Shown: piece by piece, positions 13,221-26,805 of the stretch
Numbering within the stretch: the stretch's first letter is position 1
How the letters are laid out: each line of letters opens with the position of its first letter
NCBI RefSeq assembly: GCF_009914755.1
Contig: NC_060938.1
Reading direction: 5' to 3' (one strand)
Source: the human T2T-CHM13v2.0 reference genome, Homo sapiens
DNA length: 64,000 nucleotides
Program-made: the position numbers and the translations under genes
Notes under the pieces: generated by a model
Database searches by the model: none
Told to the model about the DNA's origin: nothing
Seen by the model: the letters and a program-made list of their open reading frames with translations, nothing else

Positions 13221-15929
13221 TGCCCCTCTCCAGTCCGGTGTTTAGAAATAGTGTACTGGAGGAAAGTCTGCACGTCTAATTCCCAAAGTTTCTTTCTGTT
13301 TCCTATAATGTGAACAATAAAGATTCCCCAAATAAAGATTCTACCTTCACAACTATGGTGGTTGGGAATGCAATTTTACTGTGTTATCTTCTCTGAAGGC
13401 TCATTTGTAGACTGTCATTCCCCTTTATGGTGGCTGAACAATACAAATGGCATCTGAGGAAAGTTTAGACTTTAGCAGAACTACAAGCTGTTTCTGGAAA
13501 GCTATTACCGGTACACTGTTAAAGATAACCCTGAACGCAGGTTTTGAGTCCATGCATTTCAGGCTATCAGCATTAACAGATTACATGCAAGTGTGTGTGC
13601 TCATTCCATCCCCGCTAACCCTCTGGCAGCTTTCCCCCTATGATTTATAGGGGACTCTATTCAGATCACACTGTCCTTGCCCATGACCTTGGTGCATACT
13701 CAGGGCTCTTATATTCAACTTGAGTCAATAAAAATAAATACACCCTTAGGTGAGTAGAGGCACTTAAGGGGATTAACAGCCAATGGTCTATGTGCTAAAA
13801 AGGCTTGGTGAACTGTTAGGTCATTGTTTCGTCCTGGTTCAGAATGAACAAACTGGCATTTCACTTCAGTACCATGACTCATGAATCTTGGGATTCTTTG
13901 TGTACTTAGACAATTCTGGGTTAATATTTATTGGGGGAGGAAGTAGGTATCTGAAATCTATTCTCAACCAAACAGTAAAGCCCTTGGCTGACTAGGAGAA
14001 GACTTAAAATTTCCTTCCTATGACCTGGAAAAGAGCTGATCATACAACCTTAGAATTAAGTGGAAAATGTTTTTTTAATTACTCTCTAATAAAAGTAGAA
14101 GACAAAACTTAATATGTTGTTTTCTATAAAAGAAAAGTCTGAAAGACCAAATGCCACTTCCAGTTTTCTGGAAAGAGGGTAAGATGATTTTCTAATCAAA
14201 ATACAACCAGAAAACGTGCCATTACAATTTAGGGATATTTGAAAAAAGGTACCAGCCTTCTCCAGATTGATCCCATTGCTTGAGGGTGGTGTGGAATCAG
14301 AATGGGTCAGTTAAATCCGTAGCTAATAAGAGAGTAAAACTTTAGATAGTGCATTCTTGCTGAATAGCAGCTGGTCTGAGTGAAAATACGTAAAAGCCAA
14401 CTGCAAACCTACTTTCTTTTTTATCAACAACAACAACAAAAACAACGGCAACAACAATGGCGTCTATGATGAGCTTTTGAAACCAGAGATGTTTGATAAA
14501 ATTCTGAGTCAAGAAGTAAACAGATATTTTAGTTATGATTTTGAGTCAGAACTTTAAATGCATACTTTAAGTAAATTTGAAAATATTTTAACTTCCTCCT
14601 GTAATCAACTTAGCACAATTAGAAAATACATATTGGATTACATGTATTGTTAGTTTCACAATGGACGGATTACTTTAATACCACTCCAAATGCTACTTCT
14701 TTCTTTGAGGTGCAGTTTCTTGACATATTTTTTACTGACAAGTTGTGAAAGGGCAGTTTATTAAACTGACAAAGAATATCTTTAAAAAATAAGAAGATGA
14801 ACGCCACAACAGGAAGAGTTGTGTATATATTAACAGATATTACAGAGGCCAATAGAAGTCTGAACTCCAGCCAATCAAGTTCTATTGTGTCATGACCTTT
14901 GGCTTTTTCTTTCCATCGCAAGCATCTGACAGATGAAAATTATTCAGATTCTAAAGAAGGCTAGGCTCTCACTGAATTAATTAAACTCAATGAGCACAAA
15001 GCAAAGCATATAAATTAACCAGGCAGAGTGATAATAATCAGAAGTAAATTAAATTAGACAAAGTGTTAAAAAAGAAAATGAAAATGGAAGACTATAATCC
15101 AGTATTATACCAAATGGCCTGTTAGGTTAACTTCATGAATCATTGTTCTGTTTTTTGTGTGGTTTCAGATGGATTTGTGCTGGGAGAGGGTTCTGCGTTT
15201 TGGCCCTGAGAATACTTGGTATTCTCTGCTGTGTGTGCAGACTTGAACAGACTGGACAAACAGCCTTGTCCCTCTTACTTTTGTGCGCAGTCCTAAGTGG
15301 CCAAGTGACAGTGCTTTAGAAATGTGGTCTGTGATGCAGAGAGCATGAACTCGCAGTTCCCATACCCAGTGAAGGGCCTGTTCACTCCAGCTCAATCTCT
15401 ACCATCCTGCCAACTGGCCTGGACTCCACCGTGAGCAGATGGACATGACTCAGGAGGGCAATGAATGGGGGAGGAGAGGATTTTGACAGATGATTAAAGC
15501 ATTTCAAAACCCTGAGGCTTTTACCCTCTAACTGCCTCCTCCTCCTGCCCCCTCACTGAGGCTAATTGGGTTAGCTCATTTTTTCCTCTTTCACCAAAAG
15601 CCTTTCTATTGCTCTTTTGTGACATATTTTTTCCTTTAAGCTACTTGTGACATACCCTTCAGTGATTTTTATCTCATTGAAAGAATTGGGAATAGAGAGA
15701 GGCTGATCCAGGGGGATTTATCTGGGGCTCTATATTTTATTAAGGATGGGTTTATTTTACAGGCTACCACACTGGTATTAAAAATATTTTTTTAAACAGC
15801 AAGAAAGAATTTCTGCAACAAAAATGTAGATTTGTTAATATTAAGAGATGAATTCACTTATTCCCTGAAGAAGTGGCTCAGTGTGGCACCAGCTTTACAG
15901 CACAAACTAGAAGTTGTAGGAGTTGGTTC

Positions 15930-16112
15930 TCTAGCCATGCTCCCTGACTTTGAATCCTGGCCTTGCCACTCACTAGCTGTGGGAGCTCAGGCAAGTAACC
16001 CAGTCTTCCTGTGCCCCAGTTTCTTCAACTGTCTACTAGGGTTATGAGAATAAAATGAGTTATACGTAGAACACTTTGGAGAATGTCTGGTTTGGTTAGC
16101 ACTCAATAAATG
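15930..16112 (+). mobile_element. MIR SINE
   Basis: TTTGAATCCTGGCCTTGCCACTCACTAGCTGTG...AGCACTCAATAAATG. Confidence 0.65.
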
Positions 16113-16494
16113 CTAAACATTTTTCTTACTGTAACAAAGCATACTTATTTCCAATCTATACACTATTTCAAAAATTTTTGAAGCCATCTTCCCAAAGCAA
16201 CACATATTAAACCAAAAAAAAAAAAAAAAAGGACAAAATAAGAGAGAGCAAAAATCCATTAAAAGGCTGAGAGATGTACACATACCAAGTACAGGAACGC
16301 ATTTAACTGCATCATGTGGACCCTAAGTAGACAGCCCTAAGACTTACCGCCTTATATAATCTCTCTTTGATAAAAGCATACAGGTAGATTTTTCTTAAGA
16401 AACAAACCTTTTAAAGCACTGAATGCTAAGAGTCATTTACTATATGGATGCTTAAATCAGGAGTTGCAAAGAGCAAATCAATTTCAATCTAAAA

Positions 16495-16812
16495 AATCAG
16501 CAAATGACAAAACTATAGAGATGGAGAAAAGATTAGGGGTTTCCAGAGATTAGAGTTGGTGGAGGGGAGGGCTATGACTTTAAAGGGGTGGCAGGAGGGA
16601 GATCTTCATTCTGTATCCCGATGCAGTGGTGATTATAGGAATCTGTACATAGGATAAGATGGCATGGAACTATACACACACACACTGTTAAGTGTCAACT
16701 TCCTGGTTTTGATATTATGTTATAGCTACAAGATGTAACCATCAAAGCAAGCTGGGTAAAAGATGAACAAAACTTCTTACTATTTTTGTAACTTCTTGTG
16801 TATTTCAAAAGA
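16495..16812 (+). mobile_element. Old L1M (L1MC/ME-like) 3' fragment
   Basis: AAACTATAGAGATGGAGAAAAGATTAG...TATTTTTGTAACTTCTTGTG similarity to L1M 3' ends. Confidence 0.55.
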
Positions 16813-17454
16813 AACAGTTAAAAAGAAATATTTTTCAAATGGGTATTACACTGCCATAAAAATGTTGTTGCATGGTTGGCTTGAGTTGTTATTTTTCTTT
16901 GAAAGAGTTGTTTTCCTTAAAATATTTTCAGCCCCCACCCAGAATCTCAAAGAGACCTTGCCATATCCCTTAATCACATAATCAAATTTTAAAGTTTATA
17001 TCAAATTTCCATTTTCCTTCCAGGCTTGCATTTTTCTGCCAGTATTGGCAGGCCAACTGTGATCCTCTCAAATTCCCACTGATCCATGCTCAACCATTTG
17101 CTTACTATCTCTATCCATGTGGAAGCAATCATTTCAATTCTGGACTCCCCTGATTTATATCAATATTTCTGGATTCCTTTCTGTACCAAGATTTTATTTA
17201 TGTATTGTGATGATCTCTTTCTCTCTCTGCTTTCCTCTTTTTGTGTCAGCTGTTCTCTGGTGCTGAGCACTTGAAATCTCTAAGACTCTCAAAGAGGCAA
17301 GCATTGAGTTGATCTGAATTTATCCAGCTTGCTGAAAGGTAGGTCACACATTTATAAGGATACATTTTCATTACATAAGTTAGAAGCCACTCCATATTCT
17401 TGTTACATTAGCCAAAGGGGTACTGATCCTGCTTCAAGCACCAGCATCCACTCA

Positions 17455-17646
<192 letters not shown>

Positions 17647-17802
17647 CTAATCAGATAAAGAGGACCACAGCCTAAGAAATACACCACCACACTTGAAACA
17701 CAACACTGCCCCTTGGCTCTCCAGGAGCATTACTCCCAAACTGCCTTGAGGACTCATACTCTGACTGCCTCAGTGCTGTTGGTGAGGAACACCCCATTAG
17801 GA

Positions 17803-17921
17803 CTAGGGTGACTCACAATTCATCAAGCAAATCTGAACACTTTTGTGAGTTGGGGGGCACTATAAATAATTAGCAGGTGTTAACTGATTTATTAGACAAA
17901 TCTGAATATATGATCATGCTA
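17803..17921. mobile_element. Short hAT-Blackjack MITE (MER81-like)
   Basis: TAGGGTGAC terminus with degenerate inverted end; about 115 bp. Confidence 0.45.
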
Positions 17922-18784
17922 TTTATGACAGATTTACTAAATGCCAACAACTTTAAAGGATGGTATGTTGGAAACTAGTTAATTTCTATTAGAATCAATA
18001 GCTCAACCCTTCTAATTTAAAGTGTGGGTATCCTATAAAGACTTGGAAATGAGTTTCATAAAATAGTTTAGTGAGGGTGCACATGGAATTTCTCACATTT
18101 TAAGCACATCATCTTCATGTGATTATCACTGTATTCTTTGGTAGAAAGCTCTTTCATTTCTTATATTCAATCGCTTTCTGTCACTCTTAGCCAGTTTAGT
18201 AGAGTGTGACTTGGAAGAGATCTACATGTTCCTTAACAAAAGGTTCCTTATCATTGGGATCAAAGCTTAAGTAAAATCCAGCTTACACCATAGCATCTCA
18301 CTAAAACAATTAACACTGAAGAATGAGAAATCTCTGCATTTGAGAAATCACTGACTTTCTGGCCAGCAGAAGGTGTCAAGAAGGTAGACATCTTACAAAC
18401 TTAGACACTTAGACATCTGACAAAACTGCCCAAGAGATATTAATGAATAAGGACCGAATTCTTGGGCAAGGCAATAACTCCACTTTGAAAGAACTTACAG
18501 AGAATTATGTTTTCATGATTAAACAAAAGAAGAAAAAGAAGCGAAAAAAAAAAGAAAAAGAAAAAGAAAAAAGCCCATGGACCTCTCAGACTTGTAGTAC
18601 ATGGTGCCAGAGACTTCCGGGAAGTCAGTGGAGTTTATTTAGCCGGCACTTACTTCCATGTACACTGCAGTGTGAGGTAGGTTCTGTTATTGAGGGACAC
18701 AGGCCCACCCAGGGCTGTTGGAAGTCTGACTTAAGCATCCTAGACTATGTCCTATGGGACATTTAGAATCTGACGCAGAAACTA

Positions 18785-18907
<123 letters not shown>

Positions 18908-19774
18908 CTAGGATTAAAAAAAAAACAACAGAACAGTCCAAGATGGCAGAGGGTAGAAGAGAAGCAAACTGGACCATTGGAAAGCTTCTTCAAACCAGAA
19001 TCCATTCCATTCTGGAATGGAACTAAATTTATGAGAATATTTTCTGGCAGTGTCTGCTGGGGATAAGGGCTCTGGAAGACAGATGGGATAAGATTATCAA
19101 AGGAAATTGGTAACAGGACCCATCAGAAGGGAAGGCAGGTAGATCTTGGAACCCTAGATCTGGTGACCTTGGTGCATCAACGAACACCTTCCAAAGGTCA
19201 CTTTGCCCTGCACTTTTCTGTGAAGCTGACTCTGCTGAGCGATGTTTGCTGGGGGGTCTGTGGAGGAGCTATAGTTCCCCAAGATGCTGCTGCAGCTGTG
19301 CTTGGTGACACTGTCCACCTTCAGTGCCCTCTACTTTACTTGTAAAGAGCAGACATCACCATCTGAACCCAGTTCCTTTCCCTTCCTGCCCCTCCCCACA
19401 GCCCCACGGTCAATTGTTCTGCATCTTTTTCCTTGCGTGGATGGTGGGGGACCTGGAAGGCCAAGGTGGAGCTTGGGAGAGGTAATGAGCTAATGAAAAG
19501 CTGAAGAAAGAAGACGGATGCAGAATTAAGTTTTAAGAATAACCCACTGAAACCACTGCCTCATTTGGAGAGCAGTTGTAAAGGCTGCTCATTTGCCAAG
19601 CTGTGAGTCTGCTTTAACCTAAATAGGCATCTCTCTGAGCAAGCGGTTTCTGCTTCTAAGAAGCTGTCTGTGCTTGGTGATGAATGCATGACATTCCTTG
19701 AACAGTTTTTTTCTTCAGAGGCATTTGTCATTTGTGTCCTCTGCTCAGTAACCCAAATCTTGAATGCCTATATA

Positions 19775-19880
19775 TTTTTTTATTTCCAAAGATGGGGTCC
19801 TCCCATGTTGCCCAAGCTGGTCTTGAATTCCTGGGCTGAAGTAATCCTCCTATCTCAGTCTCCAAGTAGCTGGGACTACA
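19775..19880 (-). mobile_element. Degenerate Alu monomer fragment
   Basis: AGATGGGGTC...CCCAAGCTGGTCTTGAATTCCTGGGCT...GTAGCTGGGACTACA. Confidence 0.7.
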
Positions 19881-20464
19881 CTGCAGCTATCTTTGAATGG
19901 TTTTTGAAGCGTAAAATTGAAGAAGGGTTTTCCAGGAACCATAACTACTCACATCCCCAATATTTATACTACTTTGCAAAAGCCTAAAATACATCTAGTG
20001 TTTTGGATTTTATGGATAATAGCCAAAAGAGAATCTAATAATAATTATTTTAAAATGTTCCTTGTTCCTTCTTTTCATTTTTGGTTATAAATTTATTTTC
20101 CATTAAATATTATTTCATCCACTTTCCAAAACAATCAGGAAATAGATGAGAAAAAGCAAATACTCTTATCATTCTAGTGTAAATTTTTAAAGTACTTTGA
20201 CATTTCTTTTTAGTTTTTCTCTGGAATCAGACTTATTTATCGTTGCAGTCATTGTATATGACAATTTTACCTTCCCTTTCCCCCAACTTAATACTGTATC
20301 ACAGGCAGTTTTCATGTTGCCACAACCAATGGTTACAAAAATATCCCATTGAGTGGGTAATCTTAATTTGCTTAATCATTCCTGTTCTCTTATTATTGGG
20401 CATTAAATTTCTATCTAATATTTTGACAACTCATTCATTCATTATTTCTGATTTTTTTGTTCTT

Positions 20465-21905
20465 AATGTGTTATTGTGGCAAAATATACACAGCATGACA
20501 TTTTCCACTGTAACCATTTTCAAGTGTGTAATTCCGTGGCATTAAGTACTTTCACACTATTGTGCAACTATCACCACCATCCATCTCCAGAACTTTTTCA
20601 TCTTCCCAAATTGAAACTCTAAACCCATTAAACAACATCCCCATTTCCCCTTCCTCCCAGCCCCTGGCAACCGCCATTCTACTTCCTTTCTCTATGAATT
20701 TCACTATGCTAAGAACCTCTTACATAAGTGCAATCATATAATATTTGTCCTTTTGTGACTGGCTTATTTCACTTAGCATAATGTCTTTGAGATTCAACCA
20801 TGTTGTAGCATGTGTCAACATTTTCATCTTAAGAACAAATAATACTCTGATGTATGTATATCGCATTTTGTTTATCCATTCACCCATTGATGAATACTTT
20901 TGGCTACTGTGAATAAAGTGATTATAAACACGAGTGTACAAATATCTTTGTAAGTCTCCGCTTTCACTTCTTTGGGGTATTATACCCAGAAGTGGAGTTG
21001 CTGGATCATGTGGCAATGCTATGTTTAATTTTTTGAGGGATCACCATACTGTTTTCCATGGCAGCTGTACCATTTTACATTCCCACAGCAATGCACAAGG
21101 GTTCCAATTTCTCCACATCCTCGCCCACACTTATTATTTTCTGATTTTTAAAAATATAGCCATCGTAAATGTATAAAGTGGTATCTCATTGTGGTTTCAA
21201 TTTGCATTTCCCTAATGACTGGTGATGCTGAGCATCTTTTCATACGTTTATCGGCTGTTTGTGTACCCTCGCTGCTAATCAGGTCTTTGCCCATTTTTAA
21301 AATTGGGTGTTTTTGTTGTTGAGTTGTAGGAGTTCTTTATATATTCTGGATATCAGTCTCTTATCAGATATATGATTTTCAAATATTTCATACTGTTGGG
21401 TGGGTTGCCTTTTCACTCCTTGTGTCCTTTGAGACACAACTATTTCCAACTTACCTATATTTTCTTTTGTTTCCTTTGCTTTTGGTGTCATATCTGAGAA
21501 ATCATTGCCAATTCCAGTGTCCCAAAGGGTTCCCCCTGTGTTCTCTCCCAGGAGTTTATAGTTTTAGGTTTTGTATTTAGTTCTTTGATCTGTTATGAGG
21601 TCATTTTTGGATATGGAGTTAGGTAAGTGTCTAACTTCATTTTTTTTTTTTTTTTGCATGTGGATATCCAATTTTCCCCACACCACTTATTAAAAACACT
21701 GCCTTTTTCCCATTGGATAGTCTTAGCACCTTGTGAAAAATCATTTGAGCAAGTATGTAAGAGTTTATTTCTGGATTCTATTCTATTACAGTGGTCTATA
21801 TATCTGTCTTTATGCCAGTATCCACTATTTTGATTATTGTCGCTTTATAATAAGGTTTGAAGTTAGGAAATGTAAGAACTTCAAATTTGTCCTTCTTTTT
21901 CAAGA
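20465..21905 (-). mobile_element. L1MB-like LINE 3' fragment (degenerate ORF2 end and 3' UTR)
   Basis: Reverse L1 3' UTR; minus-strand ORFs 20720..21016 and 21297..21491 carry ORF2 C-terminal motifs ([35 protein letters not shown]). Confidence 0.88.
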
Positions 21906-23914
21906 TTGTTTATTTACATCGCCCAATTTTCTGATAGATGATTTGTTACTGCTTTTTAACTTTTAATAATAATTAAAAAGGAAAATAAAATGTAGGATTT
22001 AAAATCTCTTTATTGTCACTGGTGAAAGGAACCAACTCTGATGGAAAGATTATTTTTGTGAGTTTTGGGGGGATCAAATTTAAAATTCACTGGTTGATTT
22101 ATTTTCTTCTGACATCCAGTATGCCTGACAACCACCACCACCATATGTTGGTCTGGGCTCAATGAATACAAATTATTTTATTTTTTATTCATAAAATAAC
22201 AGGAAGGTTAGGCTTCCATTTCTTGGGGAGGAAAACCCCACAAGTAAAACATTTAAAAATTAAAGAGAGGTGACCTACAGCTAATATGCTATTCCCCTCT
22301 GCTGTATGAGGCTGAACTAACTTGTTTCCAGGATGACATTTTTATATTTTGGTAGCCAGTGTATTGGTGCTGCCAGGTAGCAGACACCTCCACAGTCATC
22401 ATTTCATCATCCAAATGACATCTGCCCTTGACTACAGGTACTGGAAGTCCGAATAATAAGGACAGATCAAATCTGAGCACTATAACCCAGAGTCAGTCTG
22501 CTTTTGAGATAAAATAGACTGAATTGTTGTGTTTCCTTTCCAGAGGATTCAGTTCAATGATGCATTCATGTACTGAAATAAATACATTACTCAGTCCTCA
22601 TAAAATTCCACATTTGCTTCTATAAATTTCCTTATCAAGCATGGTTTATTGGGTGCTGAAGGAGCTATCTGAGTGCTGGGGCTCTCTGCTGACTCTTAAG
22701 AAGCTTAATTGTTGCACTGCCAAAGAGCCGGGGAGTTTCAGCAGGGGTTTGCAATTGGCTCCTGCATTCTATGACTCAAGCTCCTTGGAAGGACTCAATA
22801 TTCTTGAGTTCCTGGCTCTCAATCCCTCACTCTCGCTACAGTTGATTTTGGTCCACCTTTTTTACATTTTAATCAACCATTCACAATGATCACAATAGCT
22901 TGTGATAAAATCACTGCGAAAAATTAAACTATGGGGTTCCCAAAGAAGCATTTTGGGTGCCCTGTAATTAACTTAGAGTTTCTGAATTAATTTAGCAAGA
23001 TTTCCCACATTATAGAAATCAGGCAGATTACCTTAAATCAGATCTTTTAAGAGTATAAATACTTTCTCTCTAGTTGTCTTTATCAACTCTCTTACTTGCT
23101 ATCTTCTTCAACTTGCGTTACTCATACCACATTTTGTGATCATTTATTTCTACATTGAGTTTTTCATAGAAAATGATTCCTGGAAGCCAGGCCACCTCAC
23201 TGTTGTCTTTGAATGACACATTTCCGTGCTTTGGCTCTGATGTGCCAGAGAACCCCTTGGCATCACGTATGCAGTGGGCTGGATTCAAGAGGTCCTTTTC
23301 TCAGGGACAGGGCAAGTTGCAGGAAGGACACAAACAGGGCCTAGGAGAACAGTCTTCCTGCTTTCATCTGCACTAAAGCCTAAACCAGCTCCCACAGGAC
23401 AGTGAATTAATCTGCAGTCCACAGTTTCAGAGAAGGCTTTTAAAATTTTATCAGCGGAGCCACCATCTGTTCTGGATGGCAAGTGTCTATTGATCATTTG
23501 AACAGTTTTATTTTGTTAAGTGGCAAATTTATAAAGGTCATTTCTTGGGTCAGGATATGACACTGATATCTACTGGTTAAAGGAGAGTCTGAAGGACTGT
23601 TGTGTCTCTTTGAATTCTCAGACATTGTCAGTAGCACAGAGCAACTCAGGAGAGAGTACACAATACACAGGTAAAATTTTGTCCTGCCTGTTCACAATTA
23701 CATTCCCATCACTAACAGACCAATCTCCTTCCTCCAGGCAGTTCATGTGACACAACCAGAAGCAAGACCTGAGGTTAATTAGGAGAATTTCATGCTTAAC
23801 CCAACCATGACCTTGACACCTTCCCCCACCTCCATTTACCTCTCCATTTTACATGTGGTTCTTTTAAAATTTTTCTTTATCTTTTTTAAATAAATGCTTT
23901 TTTCTTTCTTTACT

Positions 23915-23918
23915 TTTC

Positions 23919-23949
<31 letters not shown>

Positions 23950-24218
23950 TAGGGTCTCCCTCTGTCACCCAGGCTGAGTGTGGTGGCACACTCACAGTTT
24001 ACCACAGCCTCAACCTCCTGGGCTCAAGTGATCTTCCCATCTCAGCCTCCCTGGTAGCTGGGACTACAGGCACATGCTACCCCACCTGGCTAATGTGTAT
24101 ATTTTTGGTAGAGATGGGGTTTCACCATGTCATCCAGGCTGCTCTTGGTGTCAAGTGATCCTCCAGCCTTGGCCCCCCAAAGCATTGGGATTACAGGCGT
24201 GAGCCACCACACCTGGCC
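23915..24218 (-). mobile_element. AluJ-type SINE
   Basis: Long poly-T followed by reverse dimeric Alu. Confidence 0.88.
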
Positions 24219-24425
24219 AGTGCTTTTTCCTATAGTACTCTCTCTCATCATAGGTTTTGATGGGATATCACTAATGAACTGCAGCCTAAGTAAACACTAA
24301 CATTCTTTCTCTACTATTTCAAAAAGTTCTTTCTTAAATATAAGCTATGCCTTCCCATTATAGTTTAAAACAATTTCCCCCAAGCATAAGGTAATCCTTT
24401 AATCCTTTTTGTTTAAGGTCCGGTA

Positions 24426-25321
24426 CAGTTGTCTCCTCAGTATCTGTGGGGGATTGATTCCACGATTCCCTGAGGATGCCAAAATCCACAGATGCTCAAG
24501 TCCCTGATATAAAATGGCATGGTACTGGCATATTACCTATGCACATCCTCTTATATACTTTAAATCATCTCTAGATTATTTGTAATACCTAATACAATGT
24601 AAATAGGTATTATATTGTATTGTTTAGGCAAGGGCAGGGGTCCTCAACCCCCGGGCCGTGGACTGGCACTGGTCCGTGGCCTGTTAGAAACCGGGCTGCA
24701 CAGCAGGAGGTGAGCGGCGGCCACCTCCTTTCAGATCAGCAGCGGCATTAGATTCTCACAGGAGCAGGAACCCTACTGTGAACTGCGCATGCAAGGGATC
24801 TAGGTTGCCCGCTCCTTATGAGAATCTAATGCCTGATGATCTGAGGTGGAACAGTTTCATCCCAGAACCATTCCCCCCCACCCCCTACCCCCCTGCAGCT
24901 CTCTCTCTCTAATAATAATATTAATAATAACATATCATTAATAACACAATAACATTATGTTATTATTAGCATATTAATTATATTAATACTAATAACATAA
25001 TTTAATTATTACTAATAACATAACATTAATGATACTATGCCATTTTATATCAGGGATTTGAGCATCTGTGGATTTTGGTATCTGCAGGGAATCGTGGAAT
25101 CAATCCCCCACAGACACTGAGGAGACAGTTGTACTCCATGGAAAACAACTGTCTTCCATGAAACTGCTCCCTGGTGCCAAAGAGGCTGGGGACCAGTGGT
25201 TTAAGGAATAGTAAGAAAAAAGTCTGTACATGTTCAGGAGAGACTTTTGTTTCCGAATATTTTCAATCCATTGTTGGTTGAATTCATGGATGCAAAACCC
25301 ATGGATATGGAGGGCTGACTG
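24426..25321 (+). mobile_element. MER2-like (TcMar-Tigger) element with nested insertions
   Basis: TA|CAGTTG... left end and ...GGCTGACTG|TA right end; internal TAAATCATCTCTAGATTA. Confidence 0.8.
24635..25198 (+). mobile_element. MER1-like (hAT-Charlie) element nested in the MER2 and itself interrupted at about 24900-25134
   Basis: CAGGGGTCCTCAACCCCCGGGCC... and ...CCCTGGTGCCAAAGAGGCTGGGGACCAGTG termini. Confidence 0.8.
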
Positions 25322-26681
25322 TACTTTTAAGATGCAAGTTTGAAGTGTTTGTTCTCCATGCGTCCTTTTGATCAGGAGGGAGTTTCTATGTGTCCCATTG
25401 TGTCCTAAAGCATGATGACCAACTGATGCTTTGAATTAACTGTGTGAATTAAAGGGGAAGTGCTTTGGCTGTTAGATCTTTCTGACAAAATAAAGAATTC
25501 TCTTGTTTTTTCCAAGAGTAGAACATTATCTACCATTTCATTGTCACGTTCACTAAAACTTACAGCATTTAACTTAAAAAAGAGCATTTTAAATTTCTCA
25601 CATGCCACCACTCTCCCTCATAGTTTAAGGCAAATATTTTCCCCGTTCTCTTGATACCACCTTCTATACTAATGTTATTAATTTACCCACACTGGCAAAC
25701 TAATCACTTCAAAGGCAAGTCTGAGGCTTTGCGGTTTTAATCGAGAAAAGGATCATTTAGGCCTTTAAATAAAACACACACCTGTTTTTAGGAAGTCTTG
25801 AGATTTTTAACAGTAAAGCTGTGAAATTTCTATTCTAGAAGTGTGAATATCACCAATGCCTTACCAATAAACATGGAGTGGAATATGCAAAGCATGCTCT
25901 TAATGTATAGAATACTGTATCCTCGTACAGAGAAGTTAATAAAAGAAGAAATTCAAGACATTGGGAGAGAGAAGCATATTGGGCAGTCCCAACCACACAG
26001 GAGAACATTTACCACTGAAGGTGGGTTGCAATAAGAGTGAAGCAGTATGATGTTTTGTAGCATGTGAAGTGTAGCAAGGTATAGTGGATTACTCCATCTC
26101 CTCAAAGTATGAGTTAGGTGCCTTCTGGAGGTAAGAGGTGTCACCCATATCTGGGTTGAAGCAAAGAGTACTAAGGAAGCTCTGAGACTGACTTTGATTG
26201 GCATTGCCAAAGTGAGTGGGGGGGCTGTTCAGGGGTGTGATTTCTAACTTAGAGGAACTCCAGCTGTGTATGGGGCTTCCTCGTGATTCCATGGGTAGCC
26301 TGGGCACCCTATCCCATACAGTCTCTCTTGTGATTTTTGCTCCTATGTGGTGGGAAGCAGAAGACTGCAAAATATGCCAAATGAAACTCTGAAAGGAATT
26401 CATCATTCATGATGGGCTTGTAATCAATCATAATTGTGGTTAAATAATTAGAATTGGCTTCTACAGACTTCTGCTGAGGGCAGTTGAAAGCTTCAAGTTG
26501 TTCCAGTGTGCCTAATTTTTCCAAATGTCTTCATTGTAATGGAATAACTGAGTTCTTTGTCATTAATTTTACAGGGATTGAGGTGGTTCTTGGCTTGAAT
26601 TAGTTGCTTTTTTTTTCTAGTAATGACTGTAGCCAGTCAAATAGTATCTAATTATTTTTAATTTTTTTGTGAGCTGGGATG

Positions 26682-26805
26682 GCCTGCCTGCCTGCCTGCC
26701 TTCCTTCCTTCCTTCCCTCCTCCCTCCCTTTTTTCTTTCCTTCTTTCCTTCCTTCTTTCTATCCTTCCTCCCTCCCCCCTTTCTTTCTTTCTTTCCTCTC
26801 TCTCA
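26682..26805. repeat. Compound (CCTG)n/(CCTT)n/(CTTT)n pyrimidine microsatellite
   Basis: Seen directly. Confidence 0.9.

Noticed and set aside
14670-14780. Phase-compatible acceptor UUUUUUAAAG|AU opening DILCQFNK...VLK* as an alternative exon
   Set aside because: AAG acceptor, only a weak in-phase donor and no clear downstream poly(A) site; not distinguishable from background
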